Assembly: GCA_965372055.1 (NCBI GenBank)
Contig: CBDVAV010000001.1
Coordinates: forward strand, 1 to 32,550
Direction: 5' to 3'
Source of the DNA: an uncultured bacterium
GTDB lineage: Bacteria > Bacteroidota > Bacteroidia > Cytophagales > Cyclobacteriaceae
Length of the DNA: 32,550 bases
Below are positions 7,441-16,204 of the stretch, one piece after another (within the stretch, counting starts at the first letter, position 1; each line of letters starts with the position of its first letter). The notes under the pieces are model-generated. The model made no database searches, was not told the DNA's origin, and saw nothing but the letters and a program-made list of their open reading frames with translations. The translations under genes were made by a program, and so were the position numbers.

Positions 7441-10026
7441 TTACAAATCCTCAGGCTCAGGAAAGTTATAGGTGGCAACCAGTGCCATAACTTCTGCTTT
7501 CTTTTTTTTCTGTTTGGTAACTAGTTCCTTGAAACGGGGGATTTCTCTAATATTATCGTAGAAGGATTCTGAAAAAGGATCTAAATATCCATTGTCTATT
7601 GCTTTTCCCATCCAGGATAATGCTTCTTCTTGTTGATCAAATAAAGCATAATATAAAGCCAACTGGGCCATTATGTTGTTATCTTCAATTAAAATTGGGT
7701 TATTGTCATATCTTTCAAAAAAATTGTCAATTCGATCCTCGCAAATTGTTTGAGATTCCTGTGTTTTCCCTGTTTTTAAATAACTGTCTGCTACAAAATT
7801 GTAGGTTCCGTGCCAATGATCGGGAGTGTCCATCAAATATCTTATTGAATCTTTATTCAATTCTTCGTAATAGTCCGTAACATCCTGATATCTCCCCATC
7901 ATCCATAGACTAGTTATTTTTCTTAGATGCAATGAGGAACTATCCCTATTTAATTCAAATAGGTTTTCAGATATTTCAAGATATTTCTCAATATTCATCA
8001 ACTTCCGATATACCCTATTAATGGTGCTTAGATTCCCAGACGTTTTACCGAATTCAAGATCTTTTTCTAGATAGATCTGCGCAGTTTCATAATTACCTAA
8101 ATCCACATGCATCTGCCCAATAATATGAATTGCATGGACTCTGTGTAACGAAAGCTGTTTTTTTATTGCTTCCATGCTGCCTTTAAAATCTCCAACTGTT
8201 AAAGACCAGCTTTGTAAGTTGTGCAGAGCAGCCAGATAGTTGGGATTTATTGATAAGGTTTTTTCATAATACTTTAAAGCCTCCTTAATTCTTCCTTCAA
8301 TTTGACTAGTAACCGCTAGAGCTTTATAGCACTCTGCACACTGATTATCTAGTTCTAATCCCAAATTAGCATATGCTTTTGCTGAGTCGATCCAGTTATG
8401 AGGATAATTATATTGAAACCATCTTTGCATGAAAGCGTTTGCCAGCCCACCATAAGCAGCTGCATATTTTGGATCTTTTTGTACGGCAAGATTTAACTGT
8501 TCGATGCCAAGTTCATTAGACGTCAGGTTATATTGTCGATATAGCTGTCTGCCTCTTTGAAAATGCTCATAGGCTTCTATGTTTTCTGTTTGAGCCTTAG
8601 TGATGAGGGCCACCTGCTGTGGTACTATCTTCAACTTCAATTCTCCTACAATATTTTCAGCAATTTTTCTTTGGATTTCAAATAGACTTTTTGCCGCATA
8701 ATCAGAAGTAAAATTATCTGCCCAAATGTGGCTGTCATCTCTGGTATTAATCAACTGGGCTGTAATCATAATTTGATTGGCAGCTTTTCGTACACTTCCT
8801 TCCAACAAGTAACTGACATTTAGTTCATCACCAATTACAGGGGCAGATTTGTCGGTATTTCTATATTGTTCGACCGACGTTCTGGAAATTACTCTCAATT
8901 CGCCCATTCTTTGCAACTGTGTAAGTATATCCTCCATTACCCCATCAGCAAAGTATTGCTGGTCTTTGTCATCGCTCAAATTGGTAAATGGAATGACAGC
9001 TATTGATTTGTCAATTTCTTCAGATACTACTTGTTCAGTACTGCTTTGAGGATAGATCATGAACAAAGCCACTACTGTAACTACAAGGAGTAAAATAAAG
9101 GTATTACTGGTTAGTGGTTTTTTTTGGGCATCAGTAAAGGGATTATCCCTTGATGCTGCTGAACCTGTTTTAATAAACCCCTGTGGACTTCTCTCAAACA
9201 ACCATGCCATGAGGATTGAAATGGGAAAAAGGATTATCAAAATAAATGGAACTATCTGCAACATGTTTTGGGGCAAGCCAATCACCCCGGCACCTTTCCA
9301 AATAGCTATTGAAATCAATAGATAAACTAAACTAACCCTTAATACATTCCTGCGCTTCAATTCTGAAGTTACTTGTGTTTTCTTTGGTGTTGGTGTTTCT
9401 TTTTCTCCAGGATCAGATTCTTCCCATGACTCTGCTGTTTTAATCCCTGATATTATCTCCTGTATGGCATTGGCAACTTTGTTAATTTGGTTACGATAAT
9501 TAGTCTTATTTAGATTATCCTCTTTGCTGTCCTCTGGTTTTAAAGGCCTGTTTACTCCTGCCTCTTGGTACACAAAATCAATTGATCTCAAAAACCCTAT
9601 TTCATCCTCAACTAGTTTTTTATCTGCATCATCTATATCATGTATCCTGATTGGTAGTACCCTGTTTGCAGTATTGCCATTGGGTAGGTTTACTTTTAAG
9701 CCATGTTCATCATTAGCTGCCAATTTATTGAACGCCAGAAACTCATTGGTCCAGGCGAAACTGTTTGGATCGCAATAGGTTTTGGAAATGATGGGAATGA
9801 AGATCAAGCACTTTAGTTTTTTGGCCAAAGAATCATCAACATCATGGGTTTCTCCTAATCCATCAAAAGGGTTTTCATCGAAGTAAATTGAGATGTCTTC
9901 TTTGAAGGTAGCTTTAATCTCCCGGTTCAGGCTTTCCACAAACTCAGTTACCCAGCCATCTTGGTTATCATTCTGTCGATAACTGATGAAAATATCATAT
10001 TCGTAGCTTGGGATGATTGAGGGCAT
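7441..10026 (-). CDS. TIR domain - 3 TM - TolB-N-like module - TPR repeat protein (paralog 2)
   Basis: 861-aa ORF. The first ~200 aa are nearly identical to paralog 1. Three hydrophobic segments lie at about aa 228-249, 257-277 and 309-326. KSIAVIPFTNLSDDKDQQYFADGVMEDILTQL follows, then a divergent TPR-like C-terminus. Confidence 0.85.
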   Translation of the reverse strand: MPSIIPSYEYDIFISYRQNDNQDGWVTEFVESLNREIKATFKEDISIYFDENPFDGLGETHDVDDSLAKKLKCLIFIPIISKTYCDPNSFAWTNEFLAFNKLAANDEHGLKVNLPNGNTANRVLPIRIHDIDDADKKLVEDEIGFLRSIDFVYQEAGVNRPLKPEDSKEDNLNKTNYRNQINKVANAIQEIISGIKTAESWEESDPGEKETPTPKKTQVTSELKRRNVLRVSLVYLLISIAIWKGAGVIGLPQNMLQIVPFILIILFPISILMAWLFERSPQGFIKTGSAASRDNPFTDAQKKPLTSNTFILLLVVTVVALFMIYPQSSTEQVVSEEIDKSIAVIPFTNLSDDKDQQYFADGVMEDILTQLQRMGELRVISRTSVEQYRNTDKSAPVIGDELNVSYLLEGSVRKAANQIMITAQLINTRDDSHIWADNFTSDYAAKSLFEIQRKIAENIVGELKLKIVPQQVALITKAQTENIEAYEHFQRGRQLYRQYNLTSNELGIEQLNLAVQKDPKYAAAYGGLANAFMQRWFQYNYPHNWIDSAKAYANLGLELDNQCAECYKALAVTSQIEGRIKEALKYYEKTLSINPNYLAALHNLQSWSLTVGDFKGSMEAIKKQLSLHRVHAIHIIGQMHVDLGNYETAQIYLEKDLEFGKTSGNLSTINRVYRKLMNIEKYLEISENLFELNRDSSSLHLRKITSLWMMGRYQDVTDYYEELNKDSIRYLMDTPDHWHGTYNFVADSYLKTGKTQESQTICEDRIDNFFERYDNNPILIEDNNIMAQLALYYALFDQQEEALSWMGKAIDNGYLDPFSESFYDNIREIPRFKELVTKQKKKKAEVMALVATYNFPEPEDL

Positions 10027-10123
10027 TATGGATTTGGTTTAAGCCTTGAATTTAGTGATTTCTAAGCAATGATGCACTAATAGTGAAATGTGCCTTGAAA
10101 GTTAATAGAGGTCTATTTCAAAA

Positions 10124-10212
10124 TTACATTACAATACAGAAAGTGAATTACAATTCCATTGGGCACCTAATCGTGGGTAATTTCTCTAGTGTTTTAGCCT
10201 CTTTGGTGATGG
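10124..10212 (+). repeat. Intergenic element R, copy 1
   Basis: ttacattacaatacagaaagtgaattaca..gcacctaatcgtgggtaatttctctagtgttttagcc. The conserved blocks are shared with R2-R4. Confidence 0.85.
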
Positions 10213-10288
10213 TTACCCCATTGCATATGGTTTTAATACGTTGTAATTTTCCACACATACTTGGACTGAATTCCTACATTTTGTTGAA

Positions 10289-10858
10289 ATGAGCCATTTC
10301 GAATTTGTATCCGTTGCACTATCTATAGTCATAGGCCTGGCCTTAGCACTCTTGCTCACATCTAGCCTGGCCCTTTTCAAAGCTAGGAGAAGTGTTCGAC
10401 TCCATTGGATACCCTTTCTTTGGGCTTCTTATATCTTTGTTTCTCAAATCCAAATTTGGTGGGCAATATATGGGCTAAGCATACTTGACACCATATCTGG
10501 TTACACCTTTATGCTATTATTACTAATGGCCATCTTGCTCTTCATAGCTGGAGGGCTAGTTCTGCCGAACAATTCACAAATGACAGTCAGTTTACTTGAA
10601 TACTTTCAAAATGACGGGCGATATGGCGTACTTGCATATGCTACTTTCTGGCTAATTGCTTTCATTGGAAATCTCAGTGTTTTCAGTTTGCCTTTTTGGG
10701 ATCCTGCTAACATAACCTTATTTATTTTGATGACACTTGCGCTATGGGCCTTTCGAACGCACCGTATGCTCGCGATAGCCACAATTCTTTATGGTATAAC
10801 CCTAATTATCAACACCTTGATTGCTCAAGTAGCCCTGGAAAATATTTTGGGATGGTAG
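10289..10858 (+). CDS. Hypothetical polytopic membrane protein
   Basis: 189-aa ORF with about six hydrophobic segments and no recognisable motif. It is the only plus-strand gene in the island. Confidence 0.55.
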   Translation: MSHFEFVSVALSIVIGLALALLLTSSLALFKARRSVRLHWIPFLWASYIFVSQIQIWWAIYGLSILDTISGYTFMLLLLMAILLFIAGGLVLPNNSQMTVSLLEYFQNDGRYGVLAYATFWLIAFIGNLSVFSLPFWDPANITLFILMTLALWAFRTHRMLAIATILYGITLIINTLIAQVALENILGW

Positions 10859-10922
10859 CAGTAGAAAGGCATTTAGGGGTTCAAACCGGTCAACCCTGAT
10901 TCAAGGATCATTTATTAACAAA

Positions 10923-11008
10923 ATACATTCCAATACAGAAAGTGAATTACACTTATGGTCTGCACCTAATCGGTGGTAATTTCTCCAGTGTTTTCGCCCA
11001 TGTGATTG
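10923..11008 (+). repeat. Intergenic element R, copy 2
   Basis: atacattccaatacagaaagtgaattacac..gcacctaatcggtggtaatttctccagtgttttcgcc. Confidence 0.85.
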
Positions 11009-11051
11009 TTATGTGGATTGATGCTTGGATTGAATATGTTTAGAACCAATC

Positions 11052-12845
11052 CTATTGTTTTAGAGAAAACCTAGGCATGGACTTTAATTTATTAGGATCA
11101 ATTCCTGCTTCAATTAATCGTGCTTTAAAATTTGGGGCTGCATCAATATCAAATGGGATATAGTACGAAAACCGAAATCCCATTTTTTCAAAAAAACGTT
11201 TATAGTAATTTTTTTCTGATAACTGATTATCAAATTTAGATATAAGGTTGTTGGCAGTTTCTACTTCCCCTAATTCCCAATATATCCAAACCACTCGAAG
11301 AAATTGCCAACTTTCATAATCAAGATTATCCAGGTCAATTTGTGGATCAAAAACCTGACCTAACAAAGCTTTGCCAAAATTGATTGCTATCACATCACTT
11401 GAGTTTTTAAGGCTATCTGCAATTAACTTACTCTCACCCATCATTAACCTTAACAGGAGCCTAGATGATCGGGCATAATCGTTATTGCTGGTAATGCCAA
11501 GATTTTCTGCTTTATCTAAAACATTCTTGGCCTCTGATAAATTACCTGAATGAATGTAGATATTTGCAAAGTAAAGATGTATAAATGGGTTATACGGATC
11601 ATTAGTAATTTCTTTATTTAAGATACTAAATACTCCCTCTTGACCAATTTTTAAATATATGAAATCATTTACAAATTGAGAGGTTATTAAATAAGATGGC
11701 TTATAGTTAGAAATAAAATCAGACGCTATCTGTGGTATATCAGACCAATCATTCAGATGGATATGTAGAGTAATATTTAAAATTAATTGAATTGCTTCAT
11801 CACGAATGAAACTGATAGCATATCTATAGTTACTTATTTGTAACTCTATTGCATTCTTAATTGAAAGATCTACATCCTCAGGCCCTGGCATGGTATAATA
11901 AACATAATGATTATAAGCATCAGCCTTTAAATAGTATGCAATACCTATTGTTGAATCCAATGCTAATGCCTTATCCAGAAACTCGTTTGCCTTCCATAGG
12001 GTAAATGTTCTTGGATAAATATTATGAAAATCGTTAAACAATTTTTTTCCTCTTAGAAGGTATTGATAAGCTTCAATATTCTTTGTGCCCGCTACAGCAA
12101 GATTTTCTCTTGCACTATCATCTAAAATGATATTTAAGGCTCGAGCAATTTTATTGGCTATTTCTGTCTGGACTTCAAATAATTCATCATACTTACGATT
12201 AAAGGTTTCAGACCAAATGTGTACATCATCATTTGCCCTTATTAATTGTGTTGTTATTCTCAAATTGTCATCAATTTTTCTTACCGATCCTTCAAGAACG
12301 TAATTTACATTTAAAGTATCGGCCAGTTTTTTAATTGTCAGCCCTTTACCTTTAAATGCAAATGATGAGCTCTTCCCTCTTAACTCTAGTTCTTCAACCT
12401 GGAATAAACTGTTAAGGATCTCCTCGCTCAAGCCATCCGAAAACCATTCCTGATCCTTATCTGGAGACATATCATCAAAAGGCATAACAGCAATAGATTT
12501 TTCCGATGCAATAACATTTTGATTAGCAATTTCAACCTCAACATCTTCAGATTGAATTAGGACATTAACAACAAAGACAGAAGCTAACAAAAGAATAATG
12601 GCATGCAATAAAAGCTCTCGTTGCTGTATGTTCCGTGATTCTGATTTTCCATGAAACCATGCATAAATCAATACAGCAGGCAAGCCGAAAATGGCAATTA
12701 TTATAAATATGTCAAAAATCTTAGCATTCCAGCCATATTTTTCAACAAAAAAATTGAGGGCCTCAATTAATACCCAACCACCACCCAAGTAGATAACCAG
12801 TGTTTGTTGTATTTTACGTTCTTTTAATTGATGAACAAAGGGCAT
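11052..12845 (-). CDS. 3 TM - TolB-N-like module - TPR-like repeat protein without a TIR domain (paralog 3)
   Basis: 597-aa ORF. The N-terminal 3-TM module ends in YAWFHGKSE (paralog 2 has MAWLFERSP). KSIAVMPFDDMSPDKDQEWFSDGLSEEILNSL follows, then a helical-repeat C-terminus. Confidence 0.8.
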   Translation of the reverse strand: MPFVHQLKERKIQQTLVIYLGGGWVLIEALNFFVEKYGWNAKIFDIFIIIAIFGLPAVLIYAWFHGKSESRNIQQRELLLHAIILLLASVFVVNVLIQSEDVEVEIANQNVIASEKSIAVMPFDDMSPDKDQEWFSDGLSEEILNSLFQVEELELRGKSSSFAFKGKGLTIKKLADTLNVNYVLEGSVRKIDDNLRITTQLIRANDDVHIWSETFNRKYDELFEVQTEIANKIARALNIILDDSARENLAVAGTKNIEAYQYLLRGKKLFNDFHNIYPRTFTLWKANEFLDKALALDSTIGIAYYLKADAYNHYVYYTMPGPEDVDLSIKNAIELQISNYRYAISFIRDEAIQLILNITLHIHLNDWSDIPQIASDFISNYKPSYLITSQFVNDFIYLKIGQEGVFSILNKEITNDPYNPFIHLYFANIYIHSGNLSEAKNVLDKAENLGITSNNDYARSSRLLLRLMMGESKLIADSLKNSSDVIAINFGKALLGQVFDPQIDLDNLDYESWQFLRVVWIYWELGEVETANNLISKFDNQLSEKNYYKRFFEKMGFRFSYYIPFDIDAAPNFKARLIEAGIDPNKLKSMPRFSLKQ

Positions 12846-12879
12846 TAGTGGATTTAGTTTACCAACATTAAAAATAGTA
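12846..12879 (-). promoter_or_regulatory. Shared 34-nt leader box (P-box) abutting the start codon of 11052..12845
   Basis: tagtggatttagtttaccaacattaaaaatagta matches 15130-15163 with 2 mismatches. Confidence 0.6.
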
Positions 12880-12926
12880 TAAATCCCTCAAAATTCTTAA
12901 TCCTTATAAATCAGCTCCTTAAATGG

Positions 12927-13010
12927 TTACATTACAATACAGAAAGTGAATTACACGTACGGATGCACCTAATCGAAAGTGATTTCTCCAGTGTATTCGC
13001 CTTTGAGGGT
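12927..13010 (+). repeat. Intergenic element R, copy 3
   Basis: ttacattacaatacagaaagtgaattacacgtacggatgcacctaatcgaaagtgatttctccagtgtattcgcc. Confidence 0.85.
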
Positions 13011-13014
13011 AAGC

Positions 13015-13581
13015 TTACTTTTTTGATTCTAATTCAGATATCCAATTATTTAGTTTGTTAATTTTTATCTGAAGATCCCCCTTGCCCTGGACATGGTGTC
13101 TGGTTAACCAAAAGACCACACCCCCTATACTCAGTACCATGGATGATCCAAAAATTATTAATATTGTCAGCGTTATTTCAGGCATAATAAATTGCATCAT
13201 TCCAATTATAAATACAATGAGTCCTGGTATAAGTGGGAGAAGAGTCCACCAAAAAACACTTCTTTGCAGTTTGTATGTGTTTTGATACCAACCAATCCAG
13301 TACTTAAAATAGTCTAATGTTTCTTCCCTAGATGGCGGTTCATCCTTTCTCATCCTATTTCTAATAATGTATAGAATAATATACAGGGTTCCTGTTGCAA
13401 TAAGTATAGAACCGATTGGTAATAAAATCGGTGCATCCTTGAATAAGTATGCATAAAAGAGGAAAAAAATTATCAAGAATATTCCTGCTGATATTTCACG
13501 AGTGTTACTCTTTGATAAAGACTTTTTGAACTCGTCAGTTTCCTGAAACATCGCTGCTTCATCATTAATTAATCCATCCAT
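13015..13581 (-). CDS. Hypothetical membrane protein (about 4 TM)
   Basis: 188-aa ORF with hydrophobic segments such as GIFLIIFFLFYAYLF and LLPLIPGLIVFIIGMMQFI. No recognisable family. Confidence 0.55.
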   Translation of the reverse strand: MDGLINDEAAMFQETDEFKKSLSKSNTREISAGIFLIIFFLFYAYLFKDAPILLPIGSILIATGTLYIILYIIRNRMRKDEPPSREETLDYFKYWIGWYQNTYKLQRSVFWWTLLPLIPGLIVFIIGMMQFIMPEITLTILIIFGSSMVLSIGGVVFWLTRHHVQGKGDLQIKINKLNNWISELESKK

Positions 13582-13756
13582 ATGGCGAATAATTTGATTC
13601 CAAGTATCTAAAATCTAAATCTTTATTGCTATGACATTTACATAGTTGCTGTTCAATAACTAATAACTTTAAATTTAATAAGTTATGTTGATTTGTAAGG
13701 GTGTTTTGTACAGTATTGTGTGTGTAATAGTTTAATTGACATTAAAAATATGAGGT

Positions 13757-13866
13757 AAGTGCTGCATGAAAAGATCCAAAAAGTGAGTGGGATATCCAGG
13801 ACTGAGACTATTATATCGTTGGAAGAAAGCCTTAATAAGCATATTCATTTGACGATTGATGATTAG
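13757..13866 (+). pseudogene. Isolated 3' fragment of an Lrp/AsnC-family gene (last ~36 codons, frame intact)
   Basis: Encodes VLHEKIQKVSGISRTETIISLEESLNKHIHLTIDD*. It aligns at the nucleotide level with 7207-7316. Confidence 0.75.
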
Positions 13867-13882
13867 TAAGTTCGAAGGTATG

Positions 13883-13996
13883 TTACATTACAATACCCTC
13901 CTTCACTTCGTTTCGGTAGGCAAGCAGAAAGTGATTTACACGTACAGTGTACACCTAACTTGGGGTAATTTCTCCGGAGTTTTCCCTTTGGTGGTA
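13883..13996 (+). repeat. Intergenic element R, copy 4 (carries a 28-nt insertion at 13897-13924)
   Basis: ttacattacaatac[28 nt]cagaaagtgatttacacgtacagtgtacacctaacttggggtaatttctccggagttttccc. Confidence 0.8.
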
Positions 13997-14073
13997 TCAG
14001 GTACACACCCAATTTTCAAGCTATAGATAAGGCCCCAAATTTGTTTTATATTTGTGTTGGTGGTAGTATATAG

Positions 14074-15123
14074 TTATTTCCTTTCACCAAAAAAGTCCAT
14101 TACTTCAAGTGTCGAATGAGCTTCTCCTTTTATTTCTTTTCCATTTATTTTTAAATCCAAAACGGTTTTAGAAACAAATCTGGCATACCATGTTCTCCAT
14201 TCGCTGTTCTCTCCAAAAGGAAATGATGCTACAAGCTGTTGGCCCTGAAATCGAATGTAATTATATCCTTTAGCTCCATTGACAATATACATACAATCAC
14301 TACTTATTTTTTTGCCAGTATTCGGATGTGGAACTTTTTCACCCTCTAAACAAACAACTTCATCATTAATAGCATCAATCAGAACTTCATGTCCTTTTGC
14401 CAGATAAACAAATTTAGTTTCTTCTCCACCATTCGCAGGATTAAATCTAACCGATGAAGTAACCGTAGTAATTCCATCTACTTCCGCTGGACTCCATAAC
14501 CAATCACCCAAAATTTCATTCATCGGACAGTTTCCCCAGTTATGATCGTGATATCCACTTCCTGTAATCTCATGAATTTCACCGTTAATAGTTATGGTTC
14601 CTTTTATATTTGCACTTGGAACTGCACATAGCCATGCAAAATACTTTCCATCTGCATCCCAATAACCTGTGCCTGGTTTATAAGTAGGAACCGTTTTATC
14701 AATAATGATATGTAGGCCACAGTTTCCTTCAATCTCATCAGGATCTAAATAGATTTCATATTTGTCCAATCCGTCTAATGATTTGATGAAATGCTTATTA
14801 AATTGGGTATTACAAAAATCTTTTTGGATGAATACCTTTTCATAGTCGATGTCTATTCTCTTTTCAATGATAGAACCTTTTTCATTGGCCATATTAATAT
14901 TAATAAACGAAAACGGATTTCCCTTTTTATCAACTTCATAATAATAATTTACAACAAAAAACAAACCATTGGATAAATGTCCATCGGTATACCACCATTC
15001 AAATTCTCCAGAATTTAAATTAGATGGATCTAAACGTTGGCCATCTTCCCATGGTTCCGATTGATTTTTTGTGAGACCATATGCCTTGTAGTCCGCATCT
15101 GATGTTTTTAATAAACCTTTCAT
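14074..15123 (-). CDS. Hypothetical protein, tentatively of the CrtC/AttH-like (hydroxyneurosporene-synthase superfamily) fold
   Basis: 349-aa ORF. The EWWYTDGHL and GSGYHDHNWG motifs resemble that superfamily from memory only; this is not verified. Confidence 0.45.
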   Translation of the reverse strand: MKGLLKTSDADYKAYGLTKNQSEPWEDGQRLDPSNLNSGEFEWWYTDGHLSNGLFFVVNYYYEVDKKGNPFSFININMANEKGSIIEKRIDIDYEKVFIQKDFCNTQFNKHFIKSLDGLDKYEIYLDPDEIEGNCGLHIIIDKTVPTYKPGTGYWDADGKYFAWLCAVPSANIKGTITINGEIHEITGSGYHDHNWGNCPMNEILGDWLWSPAEVDGITTVTSSVRFNPANGGEETKFVYLAKGHEVLIDAINDEVVCLEGEKVPHPNTGKKISSDCMYIVNGAKGYNYIRFQGQQLVASFPFGENSEWRTWYARFVSKTVLDLKINGKEIKGEAHSTLEVMDFFGERK

Positions 15124-15129
15124 GCCTTT

Positions 15130-15163
15130 TAGTGGGTTTAATTTACCAACATTAAAAATAGTA
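15130..15163 (-). promoter_or_regulatory. P-box copy 2, 6 nt upstream of the start codon of 14074..15123
   Basis: tagtgggtttaatttaccaacattaaaaatagta. Confidence 0.6.
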
Positions 15164-15386
15164 ATGTTTAGGGATTTAGGCTAATCGTTGTGGGCTGAGT
15201 GATCTTCGTGTATAGGAGGTTCAGGTATTTTCAGACTCAATGAGTTAACATGAAGGAAAAAATCTCTAAAAATCGGAATAGAGGACGTCTTTTCTAGTAC
15301 GATTATATTGGAATTAATGATGGAATATGATCATGAGGAAGATAATTACTTGAAACTCATTAAAACCACCTTAAATGAAAAATAAT

Positions 15387-15824
15387 TTAAGGAATTGATA
15401 TCATGTCATTTTCTGTAAATACTTTTGTTTTAATAAGTAAACCACTCCGATATTTTATTTTCATTCTTTTAGGAACATTAATCATGGGATCATCTATCTC
15501 TAGCGTTCTATGGGAAGCAAGCATTTTAAGTTTATTGTTTTGTACTTTTTTTCTGACCGAATCTGTTACGTTTAAATCATTTTCATCATTATCAATTCCA
15601 TAATAAGCTTCAATGATCTCAAATTTATTCCCCCATAACTTAATAATTATTAATAAAGAAATAATCACAATTCCTATTAACCATAAAATTGAGATTTTTA
15701 CATCGATGATTTTTAACGCCTTAATCCATGGAACACCTTCTATCCGTCCTATTATAATTAGAAAGGTGTAACCACCTAATGTTCCTAAAAATCCTTTCAA
15801 AATATGACCTCCCCACTTTTTCAT
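15387..15824 (-). CDS. Hypothetical membrane-anchored small protein
   Basis: 145-aa ORF with two N-terminal hydrophobic segments and a soluble C-terminal ~75 aa (AYYGIDNDENDLNVTDSVRKKV..IDDPMINVPKRMKIKY). Confidence 0.5.
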   Translation of the reverse strand: MKKWGGHILKGFLGTLGGYTFLIIIGRIEGVPWIKALKIIDVKISILWLIGIVIISLLIIIKLWGNKFEIIEAYYGIDNDENDLNVTDSVRKKVQNNKLKMLASHRTLEIDDPMINVPKRMKIKYRSGLLIKTKVFTENDMISIP

Positions 15825-16204
15825 ATATTATTCCGATCTAGTAAAATTTTTTAACGAATTTTGGAAGAATGATCAATCATTAAAAAGATCATTTACTTCA
15901 ATCCTTTATATTAAGAATTATATACACTTTTTGATATACTTGTCTCCATTCAATTTGAATTATTTTTACTCTAAGATTAGTTCCTGTTTCTGGTAGTCTA
16001 TTGAAATTTACCAAATCGTTCCAATGCGGATTGACCTATAATAATGGTAGATTTTGATTATGATGTCGTCACTTTGGTATAATGAACTTGATAATCCTCA
16101 CTGAACTATGTATACTCACTCTAACTAGTTAATAATCAATCTATAATAAAACAGCTATAATTATAGGTTGCACATTAGGTGAGAGAATCCATAAAAACTA
16201 CAGC

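Noticed and set aside
3038-10026. Diversity-generating retroelement (template/variable repeat) as the explanation for the similar TIR paralogs
   Set aside because: There is no reverse transcriptase gene in the window. The differences between the conserved blocks are not restricted to adenine positions, and the divergent parts are whole modules rather than point-variable repeats.
10083-10292. 69-aa ORF on the plus strand overlapping repeat R1
   Set aside because: It is a translation of the R element. The same reading frame is broken by stops or indels in R2-R4, so the conservation is at the nucleotide level, not the protein level.
10124-13996. R elements as a CRISPR array or as integron attC sites
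   Set aside because: The intervals between copies are gene-sized (0.7-1.9 kb) and coding, so this is not a CRISPR array. The copies lack the imperfect inverted-repeat R''/L''...L'/R' organisation and the GTTRRRY core of attC sites. No intI or cas genes are present. A cassette-boundary role of some other kind remains possible and is reported as a finding.
16170-16195. Possible inverted R fragment (cacattaggtgagag) near the distal island border, and a similar weak match at 7375-7400 (cactttctatgtgtatag)
   Set aside because: Only 8-12 nt of similarity to the R consensus in each case. That is too short to separate from chance in AT-rich DNA.
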